From Lama glama (lineage: Eukaryota), in assembly GCA_028534125.1 (NCBI GenBank), contig CM052818.1, forward strand, positions 3,226,001 to 3,290,000: 64,000 nucleotides of DNA, in the 5' to 3' direction. The notes under the pieces were generated by a model. That model ran no database searches, was not told where the DNA came from, and was given only the letters and a program-made list of their open reading frames with translations. Made by a program: the position numbers and the translations under genes. How positions within the stretch are numbered: the stretch's first letter is position 1; every line of letters starts with the position of its first letter. Positions 62,561 through 64,000 of the stretch are shown piece by piece.

Positions 62561-63404
62561 CAGATGGACTTCAGGATCATTGTGTCAAGCCCTGCTCCTG
62601 TTGACTGCACAGTGGGAGCTGGAAACATGGGTGACCCCAGGGGGACCCTTTGTATTCATAAGCACCAGATATACCTGGAATTGGGTTTGGTGAGCCCAGA
62701 CTTTATTCTTGTTATAGAAGTCACATGGCCTCTTTGGGAAGAAGCCCCTCACTGCCACTGACTTTCACTTGGGGAACCCCCCAGTCTCTAGCCCAGAGAC
62801 GGTCCTGTGGACCCTCAGAGCCCCTGTGTTCCTGCTGTGTGTCTTCTCCGGCACCCAGCCATATACTCCCCACTGTAGCCAAGCCAGCCTATACTGGGGT
62901 TTTGCTTTCTATCTTGCAGGGAACCCTGTCTCCAGACAGTGCCCTCTCTAGGCCTGCTCTCCTCTAAGGATTTCCTATAGGTTAGCGTGGGGATCTTTTC
63001 TTAATCTGTTCTTAAATGTGTTTTTTCTAGTAATAATTTTTCATCATAATTGCCAGCATTGTGATGGCTTCTTCCTAGTTTCTTCTGTGCATGCATGTTT
63101 CCCCCTATTTCACATTTACTAAGTTCATTCTTATTTAAGTGGCTTTTTCAGGATCGTTTTTATTGAGGAGTAATAAACATACAGAAAAGTTATAAGTCCT
63201 AAGCATACATCTCAGTGAATTTTTACATATATGTACACTATGTAACTACTGATGAAGATAGTTCTTTTAGAGTTAAGAAGCTATTGGTGGGAGGTTGGGT
63301 GGAGAAGGAAATCATGCGTGTGTCTCCATGCTGCCATCTTTTTCTAGAACTGTCTTTAAAAGGTGTTAAAGAGGGAGCCACATGTCAAATCTATACATAT
63401 GGAG

Positions 63405-63600
63405 AGCAGAGTGGTTAGGAGTGGTGGGTCGTGTTCTGGTCCTCACCCTTACTAGCCACGGGACTTTTGTGCCTCAGTTTCAACAACTGTAAAATGGGAG
63501 TAGATGATAGCTCTTACCTCACCAGGTTGTCATGAAGATTACACAAGGAAGTACATGTAGGTGCACAAAAAATGTTAATTGTTGTTTTTGTTGTTATTAA
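63405..63600 (+). mobile_element. MIR SINE
   Basis: GTGCCTCAGTTTCAACAACTGTAAAATGGG...GGTTGTCATGAAGATTA. Confidence 0.75.
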
Positions 63601-63614
63601 TAATGAGGAGGAGG

Positions 63615-63763
63615 TTGTGGTTCTTAATGAAGAGGACACATCAGAATCACCTGGGGCATTTGTGCAAAATACACATGCTCAAGCTGGCCAGATCTACTGA
63701 GTCAGTCTAGATTTTAAACACCTCCCCAGGTCATTCTGTTGCTTATCTGGTTAAGAACCCCTG
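63615..63763. mobile_element. MER5-family MITE
   Basis: GTGGTTCTTAA...CATCAGAATCACCTGGGG...CCCCAGGTCATTCTG...TTAAGAACCCCTG (inverted termini). Confidence 0.8.
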
Positions 63764-64000
63764 GGCCGAAAGTAGCCGTGACTGGAAGCAGAAGATCAGC
63801 AAATGGCCCCTGCGATTCTGAGGGCTGGAGAGGGTTGAGCTGTGCAGCTTCAAGGCAAAGTGGAGAGGTGGCCAAGATGTGATGACCTTGGGTGGGGACC
63901 AAGGAAGGAGGGGGAGAAGTCTCAGGTGACTCACGGGGTGCTGACCTGGATGGCGGCGTGAGTAGGTGGAGGATGAGCCAGAATCAGGAATATAGGAAGG

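Noticed and set aside
1..64000. Prokaryotic-type systems (CRISPR arrays, operons, IS elements) or intact retroviral/transposase genes
   Set aside because: There are no regularly spaced repeats or long ORFs. The sequence is repeat-rich mammalian non-coding DNA.

Overview
Mammalian genomic DNA, most likely camelid, judged from five vic-1-like tRNA-derived SINEs and lineage-type L1 3' ends. The window opens in a CpG-island promoter (1-~540) with three YY1 motifs in both orientations, GC boxes and an E-box. The other ~63 kb is intronic or intergenic. It is dominated by MIR, L2, CR1/L3, old and young L1, MLT1 LTRs and DNA-transposon fossils (MER5, MER20, MER44, MER2, Charlie1), and has a 500-N assembly gap at 58317-58816. 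I see no intact host protein-coding gene. The only recognisable translated products are a decayed histone H4 N-terminus, L1 ORF2 C-termini and a hAT transposase remnant. The most unusual signals are copy-and-paste events. A TSD-flanked L1 (15435-16446) carries two internal inserts copied from its own flanks, one direct and one inverted. A 5'-only, poly(A)-less histone H4 fragment replaces the middle of a MIR. A ~250-bp local segment is duplicated into an old L1, and an isolated 22-nt exact repeat recurs 20 kb apart. Repeat family names come from recalled consensus sequences, and boundaries of old repeats are approximate.
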